Below, one piece after another: positions 9,696 to 20,696 of a stretch of DNA of 32,000 nt. The notes below the pieces were generated by a model that saw only the letters and a program-made list of their open reading frames with translations, was not told the origin of the DNA and did not search any database. This DNA is from an uncultured Methanobacteriaceae archaeon (GTDB taxonomy: Archaea > Methanobacteriota > Methanobacteria > Methanobacteriales > Methanobacteriaceae): NCBI GenBank assembly GCA_964431035.1, contig CAYSIF010000012.1, positions 2,930 to 34,929 on the forward strand, in the 5' to 3' direction. The translations under genes and the position numbers were made by a program. Each line of letters starts with the position of its first letter. Position 1 is the stretch's first letter.

Positions 9696-12086
9696 TTATA
9701 TGAGTTTTTTGTCTTTTATTTCTTTTTTGAAGTGTAGATATTCTGAGTCTAGGACTTTTCTTATGTTTTTTGCTGTTTTATCTCCTATTCCTTCTACTTC
9801 TTTTAGTTGTTCTACTGTTGCATTTACTATATTGTTTACTGTTCCGAATTTTTCTAGTAGTTTTTTTGCACTTACTGGTCCTATGTTTGGTAGTGATTCT
9901 ATTATGAATAGTTGTTGTTCCCATAGGTTTACTGGTTTTTTATCTGTTCTTATTTGTATATCTGGTTTGTCTTTTTTTTGCTCTCTTACTGCTATTCTTT
10001 TTATCATTGCTGCGGTGTCTTCACTGTTTCTTGTTGGTATTATGCTTATTCCGAAGTCTAGTGCTATGCTTGCTATTGATCCTCTTATTGCGTTTGGGTT
10101 TATGAATCCTGAGTAGAAGTCGTCTCCTTCTAGTATCATGATTGGTTTTTTGAATTCTTCCATCATGTTTCTTGCTTGTTTGAATAGTCTTTTGTCTACT
10201 ATTGAGTCTACGAAGTCTTTTGCTGTTTTTCTTTCTATTGCTACTTCTTGGCTTATTTGGTAGTCTGCTACTGTCATTGGTTTGATTTTTACTTTGACTC
10301 CTATTATGTCTAGGTTTCGTATGACGTTTGAGTTTCCTTCACGTGAGTCTACATATACTATTAGTTCGTTGTTGTTGCTTAAATCTTCGTTATCTAGGTC
10401 TATTTCTTTTATGTCTTCTTGGTTTAGTTCTTCTGTTATGTTTTCATCTGATATGTCTTTTTTTACTGGTTTTGTTGATTTTATTGCTTGTATTTTGTTT
10501 TTTGCATCTAGGTCTAATTCTTTTATTGTTTTTTGTGTTAGTAGTTGTTGTTTCATTCTTCTTTCTTTGTTGATAGCTGCCCAGTAGTATCCTTCGTCAC
10601 GTGTTCCTTTTGTAATTAGGATTTTCATTTTTCCTGTTTTTTTCCTACCTGTTCTTCCTCTTCTTTGTATCATTCTGACTTCAGATGGTACTGGTTCGTA
10701 GAGTACTACTAGGTCTACTGCAGGTATGTCTATACCTTCTTCTGCAACACTTGTGGATAGTAGTACGTCATATGATCCTGTTTTGAATGATTTTATAATG
10801 TTTTTTTGTTCTTTTTGTGTTAGTCCTTTTTCTCCGTCACGTGTTCCTTGTCCATAGAATTTCACACTTTTTATTCCTTCTTTTTCTAGTTTTTTATGCA
10901 TCATTTCTAGTGTGTCTCTGAATTGTGTGAATACTATGATTTTTGGTGCTTTTTGGGAGTTTTCTGTGCTTCGCATACTGGTTAGTCTTGTTTGGGATTG
11001 GTCTTGTCCTAATTCTTTTTTTAGGATTTCAACTAGTTTGTTGAGTTTTGGGTGTTCTATTCCTTTGCGTTCTGCTTTACCTGCTAGGCGTATTGCTTTT
11101 GTGAAGTTTGGATCTAATAGTAAGTTTTTAGCAGCTTTAGTTTTCTTTTTTCGTAGTCTTTTAATGTATAGGTTGAATGTTTCAACACCTTGTGTTTCTA
11201 GTAGTTCTAGTGAGTGTTGGACATTTATTACTGCACTTAATATTGACATTGCTCTGTAGCATTCTTTTGGTGGGTTAGCGCTACGTGCTATTCTGTTTTG
11301 AACTCGTCCTCTTGCTTTTAAGATGTCTCTTTTACCAACAGATATTGTATTGATAACTTTCATTGATTTTAATCCTTTAAGTCTAACTTTTAATGCTTTG
11401 TTTAAGGATTCCTGTATTCTTTCTAAGTCTTTTCCTAGTTCTATGTGAACCCAGTCAATTTTGATTGGGTTGAAATAGGGTTTTACATCTGGGTCATCTT
11501 CGTTTTTTATTTTAACTTTTTGTATGAAGAGGTTATCGCATACTTCTTTTATTTTTTCTTTATTGTATCCGGGTGATGCTGTTAGTCCTAGTATTAGATG
11601 GTTTTTGGATTCTTTAACATATCGTGATGCTAAATAAACATATGAATAAGAGCCTACTGCATGGTGACATTCGTCGAATACAACCAGTGATACATTTTCT
11701 AGTGTGTATCTTGAGTTTAGTAGGTCTGCTTCAACTGTTTGTGGTGTTGCACATATTATTTGTGATTCGTCCCATCGTTTTTTTCTTTCTTCGGTTTTGA
11801 TGGAACCTGTTATTGATGTTACTTTTGGTATTAGGAAGTTTCTGAAGTTTTCTTCATGTTGTATTGCTAGTGGTTTGCTTGGGGCTAGAATTAGTATTTT
11901 TGATTTTTTTAGATGGATTAATCTGTCTGCTGCTACAAGTACTGCTATTAATGTTTTTCCTAGTGCTGTTGGGGCAACTATCATTGTGTTACCATCTTTA
12001 ATAACATCTGCTGCTAGGATTTGTTGGTACATTCTTGCTTCAGCAGTATTTTTATGTATGAGTTCATGTTCTATGTAAGTAACCAT
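9696..12086 (-). CDS. hef: Hef helicase/XPF-type nuclease (FANCM/Hef family)
   Basis: 796-aa ORF. The helicase part has Walker A APTALGKT, the DECH box FDECHH and motif VI QRRGRTGR. An acidic low-complexity linker follows (DISDENITEELNQEDIKEIDLDNEDLSNNNE, about 10364-10460). The C-terminus carries the XPF nuclease ERK motif (VAIERKTAKDF) and two helix-hairpin-helix motifs. Confidence 0.92.
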   Translation of the reverse strand: MVTYIEHELIHKNTAEARMYQQILAADVIKDGNTMIVAPTALGKTLIAVLVAADRLIHLKKSKILILAPSKPLAIQHEENFRNFLIPKVTSITGSIKTEERKKRWDESQIICATPQTVEADLLNSRYTLENVSLVVFDECHHAVGSYSYVYLASRYVKESKNHLILGLTASPGYNKEKIKEVCDNLFIQKVKIKNEDDPDVKPYFNPIKIDWVHIELGKDLERIQESLNKALKVRLKGLKSMKVINTISVGKRDILKARGRVQNRIARSANPPKECYRAMSILSAVINVQHSLELLETQGVETFNLYIKRLRKKKTKAAKNLLLDPNFTKAIRLAGKAERKGIEHPKLNKLVEILKKELGQDQSQTRLTSMRSTENSQKAPKIIVFTQFRDTLEMMHKKLEKEGIKSVKFYGQGTRDGEKGLTQKEQKNIIKSFKTGSYDVLLSTSVAEEGIDIPAVDLVVLYEPVPSEVRMIQRRGRTGRKKTGKMKILITKGTRDEGYYWAAINKERRMKQQLLTQKTIKELDLDAKNKIQAIKSTKPVKKDISDENITEELNQEDIKEIDLDNEDLSNNNELIVYVDSREGNSNVIRNLDIIGVKVKIKPMTVADYQISQEVAIERKTAKDFVDSIVDKRLFKQARNMMEEFKKPIMILEGDDFYSGFINPNAIRGSIASIALDFGISIIPTRNSEDTAAMIKRIAVREQKKDKPDIQIRTDKKPVNLWEQQLFIIESLPNIGPVSAKKLLEKFGTVNNIVNATVEQLKEVEGIGDKTAKNIRKVLDSEYLHFKKEIKDKKLI

Positions 12087-12112
12087 AATAAAATTAATCC
12101 TTTATACTTTTT

Positions 12113-13678
12113 TTATTGGAATTCTTTTACAACTGATTTAAATTTGATTGCTGCTTCACCTATTACAACTATTGTATCTGTATTAGTTTTGAGACTTGCT
12201 TTTATTCCTTCGAAAACATCTTCTTTTGTTGCGCCTAATGTTTTTTCTTTGAATTTTTCAGGAGTATTTGTGGTAAATATGAATCTGTCTTTTAAGTTAT
12301 TGTCTTTATTGATGAATTCTTCTGCTATTTTTCTTGAAGCAAATGATGCTGGTACAATATATTTAGCATGATTTAATGCGTTTTCCATTATAGTAATGTC
12401 GCCTTCGTAACCAGATTCTGAGCTTACTGTTATTACTACTGTGAAGTCTCCATGTATTTTTGATAATTCTCTTAGTACTGTTTCTACTCCTGCTGGGTTA
12501 TGAGCATAGTCTACTATTATTTCTTTATCGTTGATTTTACCCATATTTTCCATTCTACCATCTACACCTGTGAAGTATGGCATGGCTTTTTGTATGGATT
12601 CATATGGAATGTTTAAGAATTCTCTAGCTGCTATAATTGCTCCCATTGAGTTATATACATTGTGTAAACCATTTATTCCCATTTTTATATTATAGTCTCC
12701 GTCTGGACCTGAGATAGTGAAGGTTCTATCTTCTATGGATATGTTTTTTGCAATGTATTTTGGTTTTTCATATTTTATTCCACAGTCGCAGGAGTAAGTT
12801 CCAACTCCACTGATGATTTCATTGATTTCAATATCTTTTCCACACCAACAAGGTTTGTATCCTTTTTTAGATGGTTTTTCATCTAATCCGAAGGTTATTA
12901 ATTCTCCTGTATAATTTAATTCTTTGATTAATCCCATTATTGTTGGATCATCAGAGTTAACAATTAGTTGTTTGTTTTGTAATCCTTGAATTAATTCTCC
13001 TTTAATTTTAGCATAGTCTAGTAGGTTTAAGTTTTGGGATAAGTGGTCTGGTGTTATGTTTGTTAAAATTCCAGATGATGGTTTTATTAATTCTACAAAT
13101 TTATCTAGGTCTCCTTTAGTACCATCTGTACCTGTTTCTAATATTGATACATCACCGGATAATCTTGATTGTAATGCTGGTATGAATTCATTGTTCCCTT
13201 GCATGCCTTTAAGATTGTGTTCTGTAGGTTTTAAGTCTGCATTATATGCTAAATGTTTTAGGAGTGTTGTGGTTGTGGTTTTACCATTAGTACCTGTTAT
13301 AAAAATTGTTTTATTGGTAGTTTGGAATAGTTTAAAAATATCATCGAGGCTTATTATTGTGATATTTTTTTCTTTTATGGTTTTAAATATTTCAGAAGTG
13401 GTTGGGAGGCTTGGAGGTAAGAATATGAATTTTATTTTGTTGAAGAATTCTTCTGGGTTTTCTTGGTAGAATATTTCAAGTTCATAATCATCTAGGGAGC
13501 TTTTAAATCTGCAATTTTCTTTAGAGGATGTGTCTGTTCCTATGACTTTAAATCCATTGCCCATGAATATTCTGGAAACTAGGTTTCCAACTACTCCACA
13601 TATTCCTACAACTCCTATGTAGTCTGATTCTTTATTTATGGAGTTTATATTTATGTTTGATGTTTTTAGGTTAGTCAT
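12113..13678 (-). CDS. Mur-ligase family protein, MurD-like N-terminal Rossmann domain (candidate pseudomurein peptide ligase) with a Cys4 insertion
   Basis: 521-aa ORF with P-loop ITGTNGKTTTT plus TNITPDHL, NSDD and DYAHNPAG Mur-ligase motifs. The N-terminus has GICGVVGN...IGTD. An inserted CWCG...(17 aa)...CDCG lies at residues 277-299. Confidence 0.8.
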   Translation of the reverse strand: MTNLKTSNININSINKESDYIGVVGICGVVGNLVSRIFMGNGFKVIGTDTSSKENCRFKSSLDDYELEIFYQENPEEFFNKIKFIFLPPSLPTTSEIFKTIKEKNITIISLDDIFKLFQTTNKTIFITGTNGKTTTTTLLKHLAYNADLKPTEHNLKGMQGNNEFIPALQSRLSGDVSILETGTDGTKGDLDKFVELIKPSSGILTNITPDHLSQNLNLLDYAKIKGELIQGLQNKQLIVNSDDPTIMGLIKELNYTGELITFGLDEKPSKKGYKPCWCGKDIEINEIISGVGTYSCDCGIKYEKPKYIAKNISIEDRTFTISGPDGDYNIKMGINGLHNVYNSMGAIIAAREFLNIPYESIQKAMPYFTGVDGRMENMGKINDKEIIVDYAHNPAGVETVLRELSKIHGDFTVVITVSSESGYEGDITIMENALNHAKYIVPASFASRKIAEEFINKDNNLKDRFIFTTNTPEKFKEKTLGATKEDVFEGIKASLKTNTDTIVVIGEAAIKFKSVVKEFQ

Positions 13679-15140
13679 ATTTTTTACAACCCTCTTCCAG
13701 ACCTTTTATTATTTTATTTCTAACGCTTTCGTAGTTTTGCATTAGTTGTGGTCCTAGGTGAAGTATGCAATCTCCTGGTTTAGAATGTTTTATACATAGT
13801 TCTGCTCCTTCTTCCATTGTTTCTGCTAGTATTTTTTTAACGTTTGGATTTGCAGCAGCTAGTAGTTCTTTTGCAGGTTCCATTATTACTTTTTGGAATG
13901 GTTCGTTGAAACCTGTTGCTACCATTACTTGTGAGTATTCTCCTATTAGTTTTCCTGTTTCTTTTTTGTCACGTTTTGTTGTTGTGTCAAAGTTGTCTAT
14001 TAGTGTGACTAGTGGTTTGTCTTTGAAGAATTCTAATGCTGCGGTCATTCCTTCTATTAGGTAGGATGCATCTATGTATACATCTCTGTTGTTGTATTTT
14101 CCTATGTATTCCATGTGGACTGCTAGTCCTTTGAAGTTTTTAAGTCCTTCTTTGATGTGTTTTATGTCTATTCCGTATGCTATTGATATTGCTGATGCTG
14201 CTAGTGCATTTTCGAAGTAGTAGCTCATCATGTGGAATTCTGATGTGAATGTGTTGTTTGTGTTTTCGAATTGGTATCCTATTTTGATGGATTTGTCTCC
14301 GCTTTTTGCTATGAAGTTGCATTTTTGGGTTGGTTTGTTTCCTATTATTATGTCTTGGTTGTTTTCTATTTTTGTAAATGGGTCTGTTTCGTTTGTAAGG
14401 TTTTCTGTCATTGCGTAGTATAGTGTGTCTGGTCTTTTTTCTTTTAGTATGTCTTTGCATTGGATGTTGGATATTAGTTTTTCACTGTGTTTTGTGATGA
14501 ACATTTTTCTTTCTATGTATCTTTCCATTGATCCTCCGAATTCTGAGAGGTGTTCTGGGTATACATTGAGTAATGCCCCTACTTTTAGTTTTAATTCTCC
14601 CATTAGTCCTGCTGTTCCATGTGGTAGTTCTAGTATTGCTATGTCTGCTTTTTCGTGAAGGTTTTTTATTATTCCATCTACGATTACTTCGCTGACTAGG
14701 TTTTGGTTCATTGAGGAGCATTTCCATACATTGTATCCTGCTGCTTTGAATATTGAGTCTACGATGTGTGTTGTGCTTGTTTTTCCTACACTTCCTGTTA
14801 TTCCTATTATATCTATTTTTATTTGGTCGTTTAGTAGTTTACTGAAGTCGTTGTTTGTTATTTTTTGTATGTTTGATTTTTTTATTTCTTTTGCTGCGTA
14901 TGAGTTTTCAGGTAGTGTTGGTGCTGTGTATACGTGTGTATGTTTGTTTATGTTTGGTGTTAGGTTTCCTAAGTCTAGTTTGACTCCTTCTTTTTCCATG
15001 ATTTTTAGGTATTCTTGGAAGTCTTCGTGAAAGTCTTCTAGTTTTTTAGGGTCTGTTATGGTTACGTCGTGCCCTAGGTAGTTGAGGAGTCTTGCTACTG
15101 GTCTTCCTGCGTTTCCTGCTCCGACTATTATACAATCCAT
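13671..15140 (-). CDS. Mur-ligase family protein, MurD-like (candidate pseudomurein peptide ligase)
   Basis: 489-aa ORF with N-terminal IIVGAGNAGRPVARLL...ITD (Rossmann GxGxxG), P-loop ITGSVGKTST and a YPEHL motif. A strong SD GGGAGGG lies upstream. Its stop overlaps the next gene's start by 8 nt (ATGACTAA). Confidence 0.8.
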   Translation of the reverse strand: MDCIIVGAGNAGRPVARLLNYLGHDVTITDPKKLEDFHEDFQEYLKIMEKEGVKLDLGNLTPNINKHTHVYTAPTLPENSYAAKEIKKSNIQKITNNDFSKLLNDQIKIDIIGITGSVGKTSTTHIVDSIFKAAGYNVWKCSSMNQNLVSEVIVDGIIKNLHEKADIAILELPHGTAGLMGELKLKVGALLNVYPEHLSEFGGSMERYIERKMFITKHSEKLISNIQCKDILKEKRPDTLYYAMTENLTNETDPFTKIENNQDIIIGNKPTQKCNFIAKSGDKSIKIGYQFENTNNTFTSEFHMMSYYFENALAASAISIAYGIDIKHIKEGLKNFKGLAVHMEYIGKYNNRDVYIDASYLIEGMTAALEFFKDKPLVTLIDNFDTTTKRDKKETGKLIGEYSQVMVATGFNEPFQKVIMEPAKELLAAANPNVKKILAETMEEGAELCIKHSKPGDCILHLGPQLMQNYESVRNKIIKGLEEGCKKYD

Positions 15141-15189
15141 TTTTATTGTGTGTCCCTCCCTTATGTATTTTTTATATTAATTATCTTTT

Positions 15190-16377
15190 TTATTTGAATT
15201 TTATAAGATTTTCAAAGTCATCGTAAATTACTTTTAGACCACACATAGATGGCACATAGTTAGCTGCCTTAGCAGAATTAACACCGATAATTTCATATCC
15301 CATGTCTTCTATTGGAGCAACAACCATACAAGTATCTTGAACTATATGTCCTCCAGCATTTTCAATCATTTCAGTATAACCAAGTCTATCAGAAATAGCT
15401 TTAATATTAATAGATGTGCAAACCCATAATTCATTATCTATAGATTTACCTTTAACAAAATTAGCAATATCTTTAATCTCCTCTAAAGATGCATGAGGAC
15501 AACCTAAACAAACAAGATCAGCAAAACCATCACCAGTAGTTAAAGCTTCCTTAGTACTCTTAATATCATCAGATGAAACATTAATAGTCTCATCTGCTTC
15601 ACCTGGATTTGCAAGAGTATCATACTCAGGACTAAGACCTTCAACATGATATAATGCAACAGCCCCAGAAGAAGCTAGAGCAGCACCTAAAGATTTCAAA
15701 TCATTATTATTTGGAGTATTAACCAATTTAAAATAAGGAACACCATCACCAACAACCTGGCCAACAATATAACCTAATGTTCCAAAATCACAACCATTTA
15801 AACTAGTATCAACATCAACAACAAGATTAGCAGCCCTATTCTCATCTAAATGAAAACCATAAAAAGGAGTTTTACCAACAATAGCCGCAGCTAAAGCACC
15901 AGGACCGCCTTCACGATTAGTTCTAGCACCAATAACAGAATTAACATATGCCACAGCTGATGATTCTGACCAAGAAATATGATCTCTAAACTTAGGAACA
16001 TTACCAATAAGATAAGGAGTACAAGTACAAGAAGGACTAATACCTAATTTAGAATAAGCATTAACAATATCTACTTGCTTACCAGCGAAATCTTCACCAA
16101 AACCTAATTCTTCCCAATTATCCAAATCAGTACCTGCAGGATTAAGTGTAGATGGAATTTTAGTAGAAATATTACTTGAAGCTAAATCTTCAAGATACTC
16201 TAAACCAGCATCCCCAATAGTCTTATAAGAAACACCAGAAACTTGAGCAGAAGTAATATCTACAAACTTTTCAGCACCATAAATATCACCTAAAGCAACT
16301 AAAATATCCATACTTTTACGTATTGTCTCCCCGTATTCTCCTTCACACATTTTTTCTTCATCTTTAGTTAAAAACAT
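15190..16377 (-). CDS. Aconitase X catalytic (large) subunit, DUF521 family; probable phosphomevalonate dehydratase large subunit of the archaeal mevalonate pathway
   Basis: 395-aa ORF. The family was recognised from overall sequence ([17 protein letters not shown]..., CTCTPYL, GCPHAS segments). The functional assignment follows established work on archaeal AcnX. Confidence 0.7.
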   Translation of the reverse strand: MFLTKDEEKMCEGEYGETIRKSMDILVALGDIYGAEKFVDITSAQVSGVSYKTIGDAGLEYLEDLASSNISTKIPSTLNPAGTDLDNWEELGFGEDFAGKQVDIVNAYSKLGISPSCTCTPYLIGNVPKFRDHISWSESSAVAYVNSVIGARTNREGGPGALAAAIVGKTPFYGFHLDENRAANLVVDVDTSLNGCDFGTLGYIVGQVVGDGVPYFKLVNTPNNNDLKSLGAALASSGAVALYHVEGLSPEYDTLANPGEADETINVSSDDIKSTKEALTTGDGFADLVCLGCPHASLEEIKDIANFVKGKSIDNELWVCTSINIKAISDRLGYTEMIENAGGHIVQDTCMVVAPIEDMGYEIIGVNSAKAANYVPSMCGLKVIYDDFENLIKFK

Positions 16378-16469
16378 AAGAAATATACTCCCACTAAAAA
16401 AAGTGATTTAAAAAAAATATAATAAAAAAAATTAAAAAATAATTCTAAAAATGTTATAAAAACTTTTAT

Positions 16470-17774
16470 TTAATTATTAAGTTGATGTCCAACAATATCA
16501 TTAACTAAATTTAAAAAATTATCTTTTGCTGAAAATGGTATATTAGCTCCTGCAGCAATATCATGACCTCCACCTTGACCTCCAAAATTAACAGAAGCCT
16601 CATTTAATGCTTTACCTAAATTAACACCTTTCTCAACCATAGGTCTGGTTGTTCTTCCAGAAATTTTTATTCCATCTTGAATTTTTGCAAGTGATAAAAT
16701 AGGTTTGTCTTTAGGAAGAATATCTGCAGACATTCCAACACTAATTATAGTTCCCATAACAGCTTTAAGAACTTTATCTTCACTATAAACATATTGAATA
16801 TGTTCTAAATCATTGCTTCCCTCTTTAATAATCCATTCCATACCCTTCATTAGATCATTACGATAATCTTTTTGTATGTTTAAAGCTGCATCTAATGCTT
16901 TTTCTCTTTCACCAAGAATAACTGAAAGTCCTAAACCGAATTTTTTATTTTTACCACATGAATCTAATAATGTAGAGTACTCTTCTAAATTGATTAATTC
17001 AGGAGCTTCTTTAGGAACAGAATAAATGTCTCCCCATATTTCAGGATTGATTTTTATAAGTTCATCTTTAAGGAAATCTTTTTCTTCGTCTCCTAATTCA
17101 TTGAATTTTATTCCATAGGAAATTCCTTTTCTTTCTAAAAATTCCATAGCACTTTCTAGATTACCTGTTATATTTGGAAGTGGTGGGTTTAGGGTATATG
17201 CTAATGATTTGTATAATGGTTCGTTAGTTTTAGAAACTAGTTTTAATCCTTCGTGTATTTCAAGATTACCTGCTTCTAATGCATCATCTAATATTAATTT
17301 ATTCATACCTATGAAACCATTGTAACATTGCATATCTCCAAATGCTCCAATTAATGCAATATATGCTAGATGCTTTTTATCTAAGTCTCTTATAACTAGA
17401 TAACTAGCTCCTGCTCCACTTAATTCTTTACTTCCATCGATTCCAAATAAGTGTGGGTTTACATGAACTATATTGTCATTAGGTTCAGCATTACTTGGTT
17501 GATGATGGTCTGCAATTATAACATCAGCTTTTATAAGTTGGTTTATTTTAGATAAGCATGCACTACCCATATCTGAGAATATGAATAGTTTATAGTTTTC
17601 TTTGGATAATTTTTCAATATCTTCTGTTTTAAGGCGTGAAATTATGGTGGTGTGAAATTGACCACCTTCTTCTTTTATAGCATTCGCTATTACACCTGCA
17701 GCGGTTATACCATCAGCATCATTGTGGGATATTAATCTTATAATATCCCCATTTTCAATATGCTTTTTAAGCAT
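16470..17774 (-). CDS. RecJ-like DHH-family nuclease (archaeal GAN/Cdc45-RecJ type)
   Basis: DHH motifs ISHNDADG, FSDMG and IADHHQP, plus DHHA1 GGGHDIAAG. The ORF track starts at TTG 17804 (11-nt overlap with rps15). ATG 17774 (MLKKHIENGD...) gives a more typical N-terminus. Confidence 0.85.
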   Translation of the reverse strand: MLKKHIENGDIIRLISHNDADGITAAGVIANAIKEEGGQFHTTIISRLKTEDIEKLSKENYKLFIFSDMGSACLSKINQLIKADVIIADHHQPSNAEPNDNIVHVNPHLFGIDGSKELSGAGASYLVIRDLDKKHLAYIALIGAFGDMQCYNGFIGMNKLILDDALEAGNLEIHEGLKLVSKTNEPLYKSLAYTLNPPLPNITGNLESAMEFLERKGISYGIKFNELGDEEKDFLKDELIKINPEIWGDIYSVPKEAPELINLEEYSTLLDSCGKNKKFGLGLSVILGEREKALDAALNIQKDYRNDLMKGMEWIIKEGSNDLEHIQYVYSEDKVLKAVMGTIISVGMSADILPKDKPILSLAKIQDGIKISGRTTRPMVEKGVNLGKALNEASVNFGGQGGGHDIAAGANIPFSAKDNFLNLVNDIVGHQLNN

Positions 17775-17793
17775 ATTACAAGCGCTACTTGAT

Positions 17794-18189
17794 CTATTTA
17801 ACAAGGAGTGCTGCTTCTGTTGGATCGTATCTCCATCCTTCAGGTAATTTACCTTCTCTTGAGTAGTAGGAACCTAATCTACGGATTCTGGATTCTATGA
17901 TTGTTAATCCTCTTTTGGAGTGGATATCTTTTGGGTTTTCTTTTAAGTGGTCTCTTATGTTAACTGCTCTTTTGATTAAGTTTAAGATATCTTCTGGATA
18001 TTCGTTTGCTTGGCCTTTTTTCTCTAGGATTTGGGTGATTTTTTCACCGGTTACTGCTTTAACACTAGGGATTCCGTATTGGTCTCTTAATGTTATTCCT
18101 ATTTCACTTGCGGTTTTTCCTTCTTTGTTAAATTTAACTATTAAATCTTCAATTTCTTCTGTTGAATATTTTACCCATTCTATTGACAT
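17794..18189 (-). CDS. rps15: 30S ribosomal protein S15 (S15P/S13e)
   Basis: 131-aa ORF with [18 protein letters not shown] and [20 protein letters not shown] as the S15 core. GAGGT lies 8 nt upstream of the ATG. Confidence 0.9.
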   Translation of the reverse strand: MSIEWVKYSTEEIEDLIVKFNKEGKTASEIGITLRDQYGIPSVKAVTGEKITQILEKKGQANEYPEDILNLIKRAVNIRDHLKENPKDIHSKRGLTIIESRIRRLGSYYSREGKLPEGWRYDPTEAALLVK

Positions 18190-18300
18190 TATTTTTTACC
18201 TCGAATTTTTTTATGTTTATTATTTTATTATTATGTAAAAATTATTGTAAAAAATTTAAAAGATTGTTTATTGTTTGAATAGTTTAATCTTTGATTATAT

Positions 18301-18852
18301 CTATTCTTGGCTTGTATACCAATTAATAAATTCTTTTAAAGAGTTTTTTCTGTGAGAAAATTGATTTTTTTCTTCTGTTGTTAATTCTCCAAATGTTTTA
18401 TCTTCTTGTGGAACATAAAATATTGGATCAAATGCAAAACCAAGATTCCCTTTTTCTTCAAGTGCTATCTGACCTTTGACATGCCCAGAAAAGACCTTGG
18501 GTTCAGAATTGGGGGCGCAATAGCCAATAACTGACCTGAATTCAGCATATCTGTCATTTACATTGTTCATTAATTTTAATATTCCTTCATTGCCTAGGGT
18601 TTCTTGAACATAAGATGAATATGTTCCTGGAAATCCATTTAATGCTTTAATGAACAATCCAGCATCTTCTACAATCACAGATTTATTTAATTTACGGCAA
18701 GCATATTTTGCACCTGATTTAGCAACTTCTTCAAGTGTACCTTGCGGTTCACAATATCCTAAATCTATATGCTCTAGTTTAACACCGAAATTTTTGAAAA
18801 TATCTTCTGCTTCTATAACTTTATGTTGATTACCAGTAATAAATGTTATCAT
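18301..18852 (-). CDS. rdgB: Non-canonical purine NTP pyrophosphatase (Ham1/RdgB/ITPase family)
   Basis: 183-aa ORF with N-terminal [18 protein letters not shown] and a FSHRKNSL motif typical of Ham1-family enzymes. Confidence 0.88.
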   Translation of the reverse strand: MITFITGNQHKVIEAEDIFKNFGVKLEHIDLGYCEPQGTLEEVAKSGAKYACRKLNKSVIVEDAGLFIKALNGFPGTYSSYVQETLGNEGILKLMNNVNDRYAEFRSVIGYCAPNSEPKVFSGHVKGQIALEEKGNLGFAFDPIFYVPQEDKTFGELTTEEKNQFSHRKNSLKEFINWYTSQE

Positions 18853-18887
18853 AAAAAAATCACCAAATATAAAAATTTTTTTATAAA

Positions 18888-20582
<1,695 letters not shown>

Positions 20583-20696
20583 TTATTCTTTTATTTTTTT
20601 TAATATATTTATAATAAAATATTAATATAATATTAATTTGTTATAATTAAATTAATCTATAAAAAAATACAAGTAACATTGAAGACGTGATTAAAC

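Noticed and set aside
9586-12371. Plus-strand ORFs (9586-10116, 10282-10587, 10328-10573, 10912-11259, 11704-12078, 12021-12371) opposite hef and the Mur ligase
   Set aside because: These are shadow ORFs of T-starved genes with hydrophobic low-complexity translations. Hef motifs unambiguously define the minus strand as coding.
14140-14727. Extremely basic same-strand alternative-frame ORFs (14140-14460 and 14482-14727, K/R/N/H-rich) inside the 13671-15140 Mur-ligase gene
   Set aside because: All stop codons also need a T, so a T-starved sense strand leaves the +1 and +2 frames open. The sequences are repetitive basic low complexity with no start context. An overlapping gene cannot be strictly excluded, but nothing supports one.
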